The position numbers were made by a program, and so were the translations under genes. DNA of 64,000 nt from Spirochaetaceae bacterium (GTDB lineage Bacteria > Spirochaetota > Spirochaetia > DSM-2461), in NCBI GenBank assembly GCA_051531975.1, contig JAOPTT010000002.1, positions 217,968 through 281,967 of the forward strand, read 5' to 3'. Positions 9,324 to 19,447 of the stretch are shown piece after piece. How positions within the stretch are numbered: position 1 is the first letter of the stretch; each line of letters starts with the position of its first letter. Under the pieces are notes generated by a model that saw only the letters and a program-made list of their open reading frames with translations, was not told the origin of the DNA and did no database searches.

Positions 9324-10187
9324 TTAAATCCAGTTCTCAGAGTTGATCTTACCATCTCTTGCTACTGTTACTACCTTTAAAGGTATCTTTCTTGCTGCTC
9401 TTTGTGTTGCTAGTTGTGCTGTTTTTAATAACCCGGAACAACAAGGAACTTCCATTATCATAACTGTTAAAGTATTTGTTTCAGCTGTATCAATAATATC
9501 AACAAGCTTAGTTACATACTCTTCCTGGCTGTTATCTAATTTAGGACAAGCTATTGCTAAACCTTTATCTTTTAAATATTCCTTATGAAAGTTACCAACT
9601 GCAAAAGCTACACAGTCAGCTGCTAAAAGTAAGTCCTTCTTTTTAAAGAAAGGTGCTGATGGTTTTACTAAGTGTAATTGTACTGGCCATTGTGTTAATT
9701 CGCTATTCATCTCTATATCTCCTGTTTGTTTGTTATCTGTATCTGGTCTATTTATTTCCATCTGTTTACTACCTGGGCAACCAACATGTTCTTTTGGTTC
9801 ATCTTTTATTGATTCAGGTGTATTTAAACCAAACTTTAATGGGTTATCTGCACCCATCTCCTGTAAGTAGTCTAAGGCCTGGTTAAAGAACTCCATCTCG
9901 TTATGATCTTTTAAATGTCTTAAGTGAGCTAAAATTGTTTTTTCACCTTTAGTTACAATATTTGCCATTACAACTCTCTCGTCGTATGGAGGAACATCTC
10001 TTTTTTCTATAACTAGGGCACCTGTTGGACAGTCACCGATACAAGCTCCTAAACCGTCACATGATAGGTCACTAACTAGTCGTGCTTTACCATCTATTAT
10101 TTGTAGTGCGCCTTCTGGACAGCCAGGTATACATAATGCACAACCATCACATTTATCTTCATCTATAGAAATTATATCTCTTAACAT
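9324..10187 (-). CDS. 4Fe-4S dicluster protein of the type often found next to hcp
   Basis: CDGCALCIPGCP, CDGLGACIGDCP, GCPGS, L.QWPVQL, AADC, IACPKLD, MEVPCC. Confidence 0.88.
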   Translation of the reverse strand: MLRDIISIDEDKCDGCALCIPGCPEGALQIIDGKARLVSDLSCDGLGACIGDCPTGALVIEKRDVPPYDERVVMANIVTKGEKTILAHLRHLKDHNEMEFFNQALDYLQEMGADNPLKFGLNTPESIKDEPKEHVGCPGSKQMEINRPDTDNKQTGDIEMNSELTQWPVQLHLVKPSAPFFKKKDLLLAADCVAFAVGNFHKEYLKDKGLAIACPKLDNSQEEYVTKLVDIIDTAETNTLTVMIMEVPCCSGLLKTAQLATQRAARKIPLKVVTVARDGKINSENWI

Positions 10188-10233
10188 CGGTTTAGCTCCT
10201 TGGTAATAATCTACAGTACTTGGTAGGATAATG

Positions 10234-10251
10234 CTGTAACAGATGTTACGT
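10234..10251 (-). promoter_or_regulatory. Crp/Fnr (HcpR-type) binding box
   Basis: cTGTAAC-agat-GTTACg, centred 29.5 bp from the -12 base of a TAGATT -10 (10213-10208), i.e. at -41.5. Confidence 0.65.
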
Positions 10252-10307
10252 AATTGTTATAAAAGTGAAACTTGATCAAGAGTATATTTAGAGAGTACAC
10301 TTTAGAC

Positions 10308-10901
10308 ATGAAAATATTATTAGCAAGTGGGAACGCCCACAAAAAAGAAGAATTAAATAAGATATTATCTGGACATACATTAATATTACCTAAAGATTTA
10401 GGAATTAAAATGGATGTTGATGAGACAGGAAATACATACTTAGATAACGCACTATTAAAAGCTGAAGCACTATATGAACTATCTGGTGGAATGCCAGTAT
10501 TATCAGATGATTCCGGAATATCTGTAGAATTTTTAGATGGTAAGCCAGGAATACATTCGGCTAGATACGGAACAGATGAACTTGGTAGAGAGTTAACTGA
10601 TGAAGAGAAATATATCTATCTTCTTAAAAATATGGAGAAAGCAACCAACAGAAAAGCTGCTTTTATCTGCTGTATGGTTCTAATATTAGATAAAAACCGT
10701 ATCTTTTCTGTGCAAGAATCATTTGAAGGTGAAGTTACATTAGAAGCATATGGTAAAGGTGGCTTTGGTTACGATCCTGTATTTTATGTACCAGAGTTTA
10801 AAAAGACAGCTGCAGAATTAACAGATGAAGAGAAAAACAAAGTATCCCACCGAGGAAAAGCTGGGGCAACACTAAATAAGCTTTTAGAAATGTATGATTA
10901 A
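10308..10901 (+). CDS. rdgB: Non-canonical purine NTP pyrophosphatase (RdgB/HAM1)
   Basis: ASGNAHK..E, DDSG, PGIHSARY, GFGYDPVF, KNKVSHRG. Confidence 0.93.
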   Translation: MKILLASGNAHKKEELNKILSGHTLILPKDLGIKMDVDETGNTYLDNALLKAEALYELSGGMPVLSDDSGISVEFLDGKPGIHSARYGTDELGRELTDEEKYIYLLKNMEKATNRKAAFICCMVLILDKNRIFSVQESFEGEVTLEAYGKGGFGYDPVFYVPEFKKTAAELTDEEKNKVSHRGKAGATLNKLLEMYD

Positions 10902-11799
10902 TACATTAGCTGTACTATTTATACCAATTTTACTTGGATATTTTTTAGTTAAAATAAAGTACTTAAAAGCTGACATTAGTCTGAGTATAAAACAGTTTGT
11001 AATTAGAGTTGCAGTACCATGTAGAATATTTATCTCCATGACAGAATTAAAGTTAGAGACTATTAAACAGATATTCCCTTTAACCCTATCCTTTATACTG
11101 CTAACTATATCTTTAATATTTATTAGTTTTTTAGTATTACGAATTAAAGATAAAAAGATGAAAGCTGCTTACATTATAGCTATAGCTTTTGGTAATTATG
11201 GATATATGGGTTGGGCAGTATTAGATGGAGCTATGGGTCCAGAAGGACTATCTAGAGGAATGTTTTTTACAACTCTTTGGTGGCCAGTTATATATATTGG
11301 TACATTTCTAATTGGTAAATTATTAAAAGTAGAAAGCAAACTAGATGTTAAAAACTTTAGACTAAACATGATAATACCATCTGCAACACTATTAATTGGT
11401 ATACTGTTTAACTATTTAAGTATACCAATCTACGAACCTTTAAGACATACAATTACTAGTTTAGGGGATATGACAGTTACATTAATACTATTTAGTGTTG
11501 GTTTAACAATATCATTTGGTGATAGTTTTAAATATCTAAAGAGATCGATTGTACCAGTATTATTACGGCCAATATTAGGATTAATCACTGCTTCTATAAT
11601 AATTAATATTATAGGATTAACTGATCCGCTATCTAGGAATACAGTACTTATTGAATCAACTATGCCAGCTGCTGTTATGACTGTGGTTTTAGGTGATATG
11701 TTGGGTTTAGATGAAAAGCTTACATCAGCTATTCTTATTTTATCTACCCTACTCTCTTTAATAACAATCCCATTAACACTTTTGTTTGTAGGCTTATAA
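10894..11799 (+). CDS. AEC (auxin efflux carrier) family transporter
   Basis: About 10 TM helices; FGNYGYMG and MPAAV motifs. Confidence 0.85.
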   Translation: MINTLAVLFIPILLGYFLVKIKYLKADISLSIKQFVIRVAVPCRIFISMTELKLETIKQIFPLTLSFILLTISLIFISFLVLRIKDKKMKAAYIIAIAFGNYGYMGWAVLDGAMGPEGLSRGMFFTTLWWPVIYIGTFLIGKLLKVESKLDVKNFRLNMIIPSATLLIGILFNYLSIPIYEPLRHTITSLGDMTVTLILFSVGLTISFGDSFKYLKRSIVPVLLRPILGLITASIIINIIGLTDPLSRNTVLIESTMPAAVMTVVLGDMLGLDEKLTSAILILSTLLSLITIPLTLLFVGL

Positions 11800-11801
11800 A
11801 T

Positions 11802-11831
11802 AAAAAAACCAACAGAATTAATCTGTTGGTT
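11802..11831. terminator. Terminator between convergent genes
   Basis: A tract plus aaccaacaga-attaa-tctgttggtt. Confidence 0.75.
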
Positions 11832-11854
11832 CTATTGGTTATCTAACTAAATAA

Positions 11855-13792
11855 TTAGCCTCGATCTCGGTTTCCACCACCACTTCGATTTCTATCTCCG
11901 CCTTGGTAACCACCGCCACCACCACTTCGATTTCTATCTCCACCTTGGTAACCACCGCCGCTTCGATTTCCACCTTGGTAACCGCCACCGCCGCTTCGAT
12001 TTCTATCTCCGCCTCGGTAACCACCTCCGTCGCCGCCGCCACGATTTCTATCGCCGCCGCCTTCGCCTCGGTTTCTATCTCCACCACTTCGATTTCGATC
12101 ACCACCACGGTAACCACCGCCGCCGCTTCTGTTTCTATCTCCGCCTCGGTAACCACCGCCACCGCCGCCTCGATTTCCACCACGACCACCGCCGCCGCCA
12201 CCTTTAGAATCTTTAGCTTGTTCAACTAAAGGTCTATTGTCTCGACCTGAACTCTTAAATGCTAAGATAATCTCTTCAGCATCTTCGAATGGTACAGTAA
12301 CAAATGAGAACTGATCAAAAATTTGAACAGAGTCTAATCTCTTACCTGGAACATTTGTTTCAGAAGTAATTAAATCAACTAATGATTTTGCTGTTATATT
12401 GTCCTGACGACCTTTAGCAACAAATAGTCTAGTTGTTCCACTTCTTTTCATGTTAATTTTTCTGATTTCGTTATAGTTACTTTCATCTAAATCTTCAGCA
12501 TAAGCCTGACTTAATACAGAAGCTATTACCTCAACTGGGTTTTCGCTCTCTTGTAAAAGTGTTAATGCCATTTCGTTAAATGTATTTCCAACTTTATCAT
12601 GGTTTTCTAAAGACTTTAAAATCTCTTTCATGATTCGATCTTTTTTAGTAGAGATAATTTTATCTACACCTGGAATCTCATCTTTTTTGATATTTTTACC
12701 AGAAACTCTTTGTATATATAAAAGTTTTCTGTATTCGTCTTTAGTTACAAATGTTATTGCAGTACCTGTGTTTCCAGCTCGTCCTGTTCTACCAACTCTG
12801 TGTACATAGGATTCAGCATCCTGTGGTAAAGAGTAGTTAATAACGTGGGATAAGTGATTTACATCGATACCCCTTGCAGCAACGTCAGTAGCTACAAGTA
12901 TATTTATCTGTTTTGATTTAAGTTGTGCTAAGATTCTCTCTCTCATTGCCTGGGAGATGTCTCCATGAAGTGCTCCAGAAGAGTACCCTCTCTCAGTCAG
13001 CTTTCGAGAAACCTCGTCTACATCAACTTTGGTTCTACAGAATACGATACCAAAGAATTCTTCTTCGATATCTACAATTCTACATAAAGCTTCAAATTTA
13101 TCGCCTCGTGTTACCTCAAAGTATATCTGCTCAGTTAAGTCTGATGTCAGATCTCTGTTTTTAACCTTAAAAAGTTCATAGTCGCCCATGTATTTTTTTG
13201 CTATATGTTGAATCTTAGATGGCATTGTTGCAGAGAACAGTAACATTTTTTTATCTTCGTTTACTGTCTCAAGGATTTTTTCGATATCATCTACAAAACC
13301 CATGTTAAGCATTTCATCTGCTTCATCTAATATTAAGTAACTAAGTTGTGAAAGATCTAAACTACCACGATTGATATGATCTTGAATTCGTCCCGGAGTA
13401 CCTACGACAATGTCTACTCCACGTCTTAAACGTCTCAGTTGTTCGCCCATGGCTTGTCCACCATAGATTGCTGCAACACTCAAACGTTTTTCACCTTTTA
13501 GTGAGTTTATCTCATCACTTACCTGAACTGCCAGTTCCCTGGTTGGTGTTAAAATTAACGCTTGAACATTCTTATCTTTACTACTTGTAAGAGTATCTAG
13601 GATCGGCAGACCAAAAGCAGCTGTTTTACCAGTACCTGTCTGTGCTTGTCCTATAATATTCTTATCTCCCTTTAAGAGGATAGGTATTGTTAACGCCTGT
13701 ATCGGTGACGGTTCTTCAAATCCTTTCTTCTCAATCGCTTGTAAAATCTCTTCTGAAAGACCTAGGTCTCTAAAAGTTTTTTTCTCTTCCAC
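11855..13792 (-). CDS. deaD: DEAD-box RNA helicase (DeaD/CshA-like) with DbpA-type RNA-binding domain and RGG tail
   Basis: Q motif, AQTGTGKT, PTRELA, TPGR, DEAD, SAT, ARGID, HRVGRTGR. Confidence 0.92.
   Translation of the reverse strand: MEEKKTFRDLGLSEEILQAIEKKGFEEPSPIQALTIPILLKGDKNIIGQAQTGTGKTAAFGLPILDTLTSSKDKNVQALILTPTRELAVQVSDEINSLKGEKRLSVAAIYGGQAMGEQLRRLRRGVDIVVGTPGRIQDHINRGSLDLSQLSYLILDEADEMLNMGFVDDIEKILETVNEDKKMLLFSATMPSKIQHIAKKYMGDYELFKVKNRDLTSDLTEQIYFEVTRGDKFEALCRIVDIEEEFFGIVFCRTKVDVDEVSRKLTERGYSSGALHGDISQAMRERILAQLKSKQINILVATDVAARGIDVNHLSHVINYSLPQDAESYVHRVGRTGRAGNTGTAITFVTKDEYRKLLYIQRVSGKNIKKDEIPGVDKIISTKKDRIMKEILKSLENHDKVGNTFNEMALTLLQESENPVEVIASVLSQAYAEDLDESNYNEIRKINMKRSGTTRLFVAKGRQDNITAKSLVDLITSETNVPGKRLDSVQIFDQFSFVTVPFEDAEEIILAFKSSGRDNRPLVEQAKDSKGGGGGGRGGNRGGGGGGYRGGDRNRSGGGGYRGGDRNRSGGDRNRGEGGGDRNRGGGDGGGYRGGDRNRSGGGGYQGGNRSGGGYQGGDRNRSGGGGGYQGGDRNRSGGGNRDRG
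11858..12203 (-). repeat. Coding tandem repeat (GGGY[R/Q]GG[D]RNRS)n
   Basis: GC-rich imperfect ~30-39 bp repeats, e.g. ggtaaccaccgcc/cttcgatttctatctcc on the + strand. Confidence 0.9.
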
Positions 13793-13867
13793 TATACATC
13801 CTTAGAGTAATATGAGCCTAGTATATGCTTTTTTACACTTTTATTACTATAGTCAGGAGGATGTAAT

Positions 13868-14725
13868 CTACATGTTTTCGATTTTGTAAAGTAAATTAAG
13901 TTCTGAATCTGATAAAAATGCATTATACATCTTTATATTATCAATTTTACCAACGATGTTATATGTAGTAAAGTCTAATCCAAACTTATAGGTTAAGAAG
14001 TATAGAGGCCAACTTCCTTTTAATAGAGTTGTTAAAGGTATTACATTTTTTCCAACAGTTTCTCCATTAACATATAAAGACATTTCACCACTATTAAACC
14101 TCATAGCTATACTATTCCACTGTTTTAAATTAAGAACATCGTTAACAGCTAAAGCTTGGTGATATCCAGAACTATCTACAACATTATAAACAAGATTTTT
14201 CCCTTTAACTGCTAATGTGAAACGTCCATTTGCTTTTCCACCCTTTAATGTATTTTCCCAGTTAGAGATTAGATATCTATACTTTGTTGTATCAACAGGG
14301 TAAAAATTAAGTGCAATAGTAAAATTATCAACTTCGCTTATAGAACTGCTATCCTCGATATAAAAGTATTGCCCATCTCCACTAGATTCTAATGCTGCTT
14401 TTTCATCATTTAATACACCTTCGGTATATGGGATGCTTTTAGTTACTATAGGATATCCACTGCCAGAAGTATCTTTAATTTTTCCATCTAATAGAAATTC
14501 AAAGACCAATTCTCCACTTAATTCAGAACCTTCACCAAAAAACTCCCCTCGAACTATCCGGGTTTTTTCAACTTCTAGGACTCCATTGGAGGTTTCAATC
14601 TTTACAACAGTGTCAGAAAGTTCAATAATTTTACCTTTTACAACATTATTATTGGAAAGATATAGGGTATCGGCGCTCAAAAGGCCACCTACTAAAAATA
14701 AAATTAAAATAGATAGAGTTTTCAT
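13868..14725 (-). CDS. Secreted LamG/concanavalin-A-like domain protein
   Basis: Signal peptide; W..IA......LYVNG and G.IDNIKMYN..LS..E. Confidence 0.75.
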   Translation of the reverse strand: MKTLSILILFLVGGLLSADTLYLSNNNVVKGKIIELSDTVVKIETSNGVLEVEKTRIVRGEFFGEGSELSGELVFEFLLDGKIKDTSGSGYPIVTKSIPYTEGVLNDEKAALESSGDGQYFYIEDSSSISEVDNFTIALNFYPVDTTKYRYLISNWENTLKGGKANGRFTLAVKGKNLVYNVVDSSGYHQALAVNDVLNLKQWNSIAMRFNSGEMSLYVNGETVGKNVIPLTTLLKGSWPLYFLTYKFGLDFTTYNIVGKIDNIKMYNAFLSDSELNLLYKIENM

Positions 14726-14763
14726 ATTTCCAATAATAACATAATTATTGTAATATAATCAGC

Positions 14764-16041
14764 ATGTTAGATTTGAAATTTATTAGAGACAATGTTGAAG
14801 CTATAAAAGCCAACGTAAAAAACAGATTCATGAATGCAGATGTAGACCTTGTAGTAGAACTTTATAATAACTACAGCGAGAGTCTTTCTAAACTTGAAGA
14901 TTTAAGAAGACAATCAAATGAGAATGCTTCCAACATGAAAGGGAAATTGACCCCAGACGAGCGAGCAGTTTTTATTTCAAATGGGAAACAATTAAAATCC
15001 CTAATAGCTTCTAGTGAATCAGAAACATCGGAATTAAAATCGAAACTCTCTACTGAAGCCTCGAAAATACCTAACATGGCACATCCAGATGCTCCTATAG
15101 GTAAAGAAGACAAAGAGAACTTTCAGATTAAAGTTTGTGGAACTGTACCTACTTTTGATTTTAAACCACTTGATCATGTAAAACTTGGAGAGCAACTTGA
15201 TCTAATAGAGTTTGAAAGAGCAACAAAGGTATCTGGACCAAAATTTTATTACCTTAAAAACGAAGCCGCTATTTTAGAAATGGCGTTAACACGATATGCA
15301 GTTGATATTTTAATGAAGAAGGGTTTTAGTATTTCTATTACTCCGGACATTGCTAAAGTTGAGATTTTAGAAGGAATTGGTTTTAACCCAAGAGGTGCAG
15401 AGTCAAATATCTATTCTATTGAGGGTACAGATATGTGTCTTGTTGGTACTGCAGAGATTACTTTAGGTGGTTACCACGCTGGAGAAATTATAGACCTTTC
15501 TAAAGGGCCAATTTTAATGGCAGGTATTTCACACTGTTTCAGACGAGAAGCTGGAGCTGCAGGGCAGTACTCTAAGGGTATTTATCGAGTTCATCAATTT
15601 ACTAAAATTGAGATGTTCATCTACTGTAAACCAGAAGAGTCAGATGCCCTACATGAAACTCTCCGGGAAATTGAAGAGGAGATCTTTAACGGTTTAGAGG
15701 TTCCTTTTAGAGTTGTAGATACATGTACTGGGGATTTAGGTTCACCTGCTTATAGAAAGTATGACTTAGAAGCATGGATGCCTGGTCGTGGTGAGACTGG
15801 AGATTGGGGAGAGATAACATCTACTTCAAACTGTACAGACTACCAAGCTAGACGTTTAGGTGTACGATATAAAAATGATGATGGAAAAACTACAATTTGT
15901 CATACTTTAAATGGTACAGCAATTGCAATTTCAAGAGCGTTAATATCTATTATTGAAAATAACCAACAAGCTGATGGATCTGTTACAATTCCTAAAGCAC
16001 TGGTTCCTTATACAGGATTCGATATTATTAAAGCTAAGTAG
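14764..16041 (+). CDS. serS: Serine--tRNA ligase
   Basis: MLDLKFIR, GTAE, CFRREAG, RVHQF.K.E, EITSTSNCTDYQARR, HTLNGT. Confidence 0.97.
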   Translation: MLDLKFIRDNVEAIKANVKNRFMNADVDLVVELYNNYSESLSKLEDLRRQSNENASNMKGKLTPDERAVFISNGKQLKSLIASSESETSELKSKLSTEASKIPNMAHPDAPIGKEDKENFQIKVCGTVPTFDFKPLDHVKLGEQLDLIEFERATKVSGPKFYYLKNEAAILEMALTRYAVDILMKKGFSISITPDIAKVEILEGIGFNPRGAESNIYSIEGTDMCLVGTAEITLGGYHAGEIIDLSKGPILMAGISHCFRREAGAAGQYSKGIYRVHQFTKIEMFIYCKPEESDALHETLREIEEEIFNGLEVPFRVVDTCTGDLGSPAYRKYDLEAWMPGRGETGDWGEITSTSNCTDYQARRLGVRYKNDDGKTTICHTLNGTAIAISRALISIIENNQQADGSVTIPKALVPYTGFDIIKAK

Positions 16042-16060
16042 TTCTTTGTAATATTTAAAT

Positions 16061-16088
16061 AAAGCCGACTCTTTTGGGTCGGCTTTTT
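16061..16088 (+). terminator. Intrinsic terminator after serS
   Basis: aaagccgac-tc-tttt-gg-gtcggcttttt. Confidence 0.8.
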
Positions 16089-16128
16089 ACATATCAGGGT
16101 TTATGTGCCAATGCAACCAGGGAGTTTT

Positions 16129-17211
16129 ATGAGTTATTCAAAATTAGGTCGAACATTTATTATAGCAGAAATAGGTACTAGCCATGGTGGTGATCTAAAC
16201 AAAGCCATAGAACTAATTCGAGTTGTCAAAGAATCAGGTGCTGATTGTGCAAAGTTTCAGGTAGTTTATGCCGACGAAATTATCCATAAAAATACTGGAT
16301 TAGTTAAATTACCCGGTGGAGATACTCCTTTATACGATGTTTTTAAAAGTCTTGAGCTTGGTATAGAGTTTTACCAAAAACTTAAAGATGAAACAGAAAA
16401 AGTTGGCTTAATATTTATGGCATCTCCTTTTGGGGAAAAAAGTGCCAAGCTATTAGAGGATATAAAATCAGACCTATTTAAAGTTGCAAGCCCGGAACTT
16501 AACCACTTTCCATTAATTAAACAGTTATTATCCTATAAGAAACCAATAATACTATCATCTGGAGTTTCTAAATTTGAGGACATTGATAGAGTTATTAGAT
16601 TAACAGGGGAAAAAGATATAACCCTACTACACTGTATTACAAGTTACCCTGCACCAGTAGAGGACTATAACTTAAAAGTTATACCATATCTAAAAGAGAC
16701 ATTTAATATAGAGACAGGGGTTTCAGACCACTCCTTAGACCCAATATTAGTACCAAGTTTAACAGTATTATTAGGTGGATCAGTAGTTGAGAAACATATT
16801 ACCCTATCTAACGACACAGATGGTTTAGATGACCCTGTGGCACTTAATCCAGCTAACTTTAAAATTATGTGTGTCTCTATTAGAAAATACGAAAAATTAA
16901 GTTACGAGACTGGTATCAAAGAGTTAGAAGCTATTTATGGGAAAGATAAAATAGAGACAATTTTAGGTACAGGTATTAAAAAACTAGCAGAATCTGAAAT
17001 AGCTAACTACGGCAAAACAAATAGATCTCTCCACACTGTTTTGGAATTAAAACCTGGAACTATTATAACTAAAAACAACTCAGCTCTGCTAAGAACCGAG
17101 AAAGTTTTAAGGGTTGGTATAGCTCCCCACCTTGTAGATAACTTTTATGGTAAAAAACTTACGAAGTTAGTACCAGATGGAGAAGGTATACGATTAGAAG
17201 ATTTTCTGTAA
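16129..17211 (+). CDS. N-acetylneuraminate synthase (NeuB/PseI/SpsE) family protein
   Basis: IIAEIG..H.GD, GAD..KFQ, K.AS.E, LLHC...YP, G.SDH, EKHITL, C-terminal SAF-like domain. Start at ATG 16129 after AGGGAG. Confidence 0.88.
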   Translation: MSYSKLGRTFIIAEIGTSHGGDLNKAIELIRVVKESGADCAKFQVVYADEIIHKNTGLVKLPGGDTPLYDVFKSLELGIEFYQKLKDETEKVGLIFMASPFGEKSAKLLEDIKSDLFKVASPELNHFPLIKQLLSYKKPIILSSGVSKFEDIDRVIRLTGEKDITLLHCITSYPAPVEDYNLKVIPYLKETFNIETGVSDHSLDPILVPSLTVLLGGSVVEKHITLSNDTDGLDDPVALNPANFKIMCVSIRKYEKLSYETGIKELEAIYGKDKIETILGTGIKKLAESEIANYGKTNRSLHTVLELKPGTIITKNNSALLRTEKVLRVGIAPHLVDNFYGKKLTKLVPDGEGIRLEDFL

Positions 17212-19323
17212 TTCTTCATTATCTGCTAATATTTTAAAAGCAGCACACTCTTCCTCTTCTATTCCAAAGAAACTATTATCAGATAGTTTACCAATTACAG
17301 CCTCTTTCTCTTTTGGGTTATCAAATGTAATACTTCTAAAGCTACATGTGTAATCCTTCTCCCTAGAAGTAAAAACCCGATCTTTAATCTCTAATCTTGT
17401 TTCTACAGCCTCAGAAATAGATCTTAACCACATATCATTATCAATTACTGTTACACCGTTTAAGGTTTTAAGGCTATCTAGTGCGTTTTGGGCTCTATCC
17501 TCTTTATATAACATAGAACAAACTCTGTAGTTATCGTGTACATCATCCCAACTAGAGATTCCACCATTTACAACCTGGGATGTAATAAAATCAACACGTT
17601 CTTTTGGTATAAATTGACCACCACAATTAACCCACAGGGCTGGTGTTAATAGGCCGTTACCTTTAAGTATAGACTTTGAACCACCATCGTTTATATATTC
17701 TAATATAGCAGAAACAGAGTAATAATTAATCATCTTTTTATACTCATTGTAAGCCTCTGCTGGTTTATGAATTAATACTTCATGGTTTTTATTCTCTATA
17801 GATGTACTGTATACTGAAAAGTTACCAAAATCATCGTAGTTTGTTAATAACTCCTCTCCAGTTATATCCTCTTTTGATATTTTTCTGTGGGAGTACTCTG
17901 CACATTTCTCCAAGAACGTAAGTGCATTTATCATCTCTGCTACTGTATCTGGAGCAAGAAAATTAAAATCAAAGTTAGGGAAGTTTTCAGTCCTACCATC
18001 TCTGGCTCCATACTTCCAACTATTTCTTTTTAATGCAAACATATTATGTTTAAACCAATACCCAGGATATACTTCTAGTTTCCCCCCTGTATTTAGAGAG
18101 AGTAGTGAAAATGGTAATGGATTATTAATCTCGTGGGAATAACTTCCTTTCACAATAATATTAAATGATGAAAACTTAGAATCATGTTTTAAACTACAGT
18201 TTAAACCTGGCCAAAATCCACGGCCTGCAACTATCTCACCATCGTTTTTTCTTGAGTTATGATTACTACCAACAGTTGCACCAGAAGCTATATTTGTCTG
18301 CCCTTGAAGTACTGACGCAATTAAAAATGAACTATTATGATGCTGTTCATGGCCTGGGAAGATAAAAGAGTTTAGAACCTCACAACAACTGATTGTTGAG
18401 TTCTCTCCTAATATAGAGTTAATTAACCTGGCACCATACTTTAACGATGAGTGATCCATTAACTGAAACCGTACAGCCATTGCACCATAAAATATTTTAC
18501 AGCCTTGGCCAATAATTCCATTTACAAGAGTACAGCCCTCACCTATTTGAGTTCTATGCCCTCTATTACTTTTAATAGTTAGGTTTTTAAGTTTATTACA
18601 ACCTTTAATATAAGCATCTTCTCCAATAACAACATCTTTTATAATTCTGGAGTTTTTAATTACAGTTCTGTCCCCTATAATTCCGTAATAACCCCTTTCT
18701 GAGGAGTATTCGTTTTCTACAAACTCTTTAAACTTTGCCATTAATTCAGAGTTATCCCTGTATTTATACCAGAGGTACGCATCTGGTGTTAACATTTTTG
18801 CAAATGGTAAAACTTCTCTACCCCCGGCTTCGTTGGCAATTTCAAGTTCAATTCGGCCTTTAGGATCGTCACCCTCTTTTACAATTCCGTTACCAAACTT
18901 AGCATGATCCGATGTAACTAGCTCGTTAATATCTTTTAATATTACCTGCTCACCTAATATAAAGTGAGACATAAATGATACATTGTTTACTGAACAGTTT
19001 TTACCAATATCACATGAACCAATTTGTGAATCGTATAAACCTACAGGTACAACTAAATCGTGGAACTCTAATGATATCTGCTCCATATCTGAGATACGAA
19101 CTGTTCCTGTAAAGTAACAGTGTTTTACCTGTAAAGGCTCAAACATATCTGTTACTAATATTTTAGACCAGTCGTGACACCTGTTCTTTTGCATTTCTAA
19201 TAACTCTATCTCGTTTCTTGTAAGTGCCCTATATTGGCTATTTTCTCTGCCTGATTGATCTATTCTTAACTGATTATATTCTTCTGTTGACCCATCTAGT
19301 GGTAGTATATTGATTTTATTCAT
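17194..19323 (-). CDS. DUF4954-family protein (beta-helix-like repeats)
   Basis: YRALT..EI..L..Q.N, NEAGGREV, hexapeptide-like I/VG repeats, HEQHHNSSFLI, GSNHNSR..DGE. Confidence 0.78.
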   Translation of the reverse strand: MNKINILPLDGSTEEYNQLRIDQSGRENSQYRALTRNEIELLEMQKNRCHDWSKILVTDMFEPLQVKHCYFTGTVRISDMEQISLEFHDLVVPVGLYDSQIGSCDIGKNCSVNNVSFMSHFILGEQVILKDINELVTSDHAKFGNGIVKEGDDPKGRIELEIANEAGGREVLPFAKMLTPDAYLWYKYRDNSELMAKFKEFVENEYSSERGYYGIIGDRTVIKNSRIIKDVVIGEDAYIKGCNKLKNLTIKSNRGHRTQIGEGCTLVNGIIGQGCKIFYGAMAVRFQLMDHSSLKYGARLINSILGENSTISCCEVLNSFIFPGHEQHHNSSFLIASVLQGQTNIASGATVGSNHNSRKNDGEIVAGRGFWPGLNCSLKHDSKFSSFNIIVKGSYSHEINNPLPFSLLSLNTGGKLEVYPGYWFKHNMFALKRNSWKYGARDGRTENFPNFDFNFLAPDTVAEMINALTFLEKCAEYSHRKISKEDITGEELLTNYDDFGNFSVYSTSIENKNHEVLIHKPAEAYNEYKKMINYYSVSAILEYINDGGSKSILKGNGLLTPALWVNCGGQFIPKERVDFITSQVVNGGISSWDDVHDNYRVCSMLYKEDRAQNALDSLKTLNGVTVIDNDMWLRSISEAVETRLEIKDRVFTSREKDYTCSFRSITFDNPKEKEAVIGKLSDNSFFGIEEEECAAFKILADNEELQKIF

Positions 19324-19447
19324 AACATATTATACAAACATTATTTATTTTTTGCACTTAAAATTGTAAAATAATGTACTATCTACTTAACATAAGTAGA
19401 GACAATTAGTATCATACACCAAACAAACTAATTAAAGGGAGAATATA

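Noticed and set aside
11858..12203. Possible CRISPR array
   Set aside because: The repeats are in-frame coding units without unique spacers, and there are no cas genes.
11839..12229. Two alternative-frame ORFs of Ala/Val/Thr/Ser repeats
   Set aside because: They are shadows of the helicase RGG repeat, which lacks stops in other frames.
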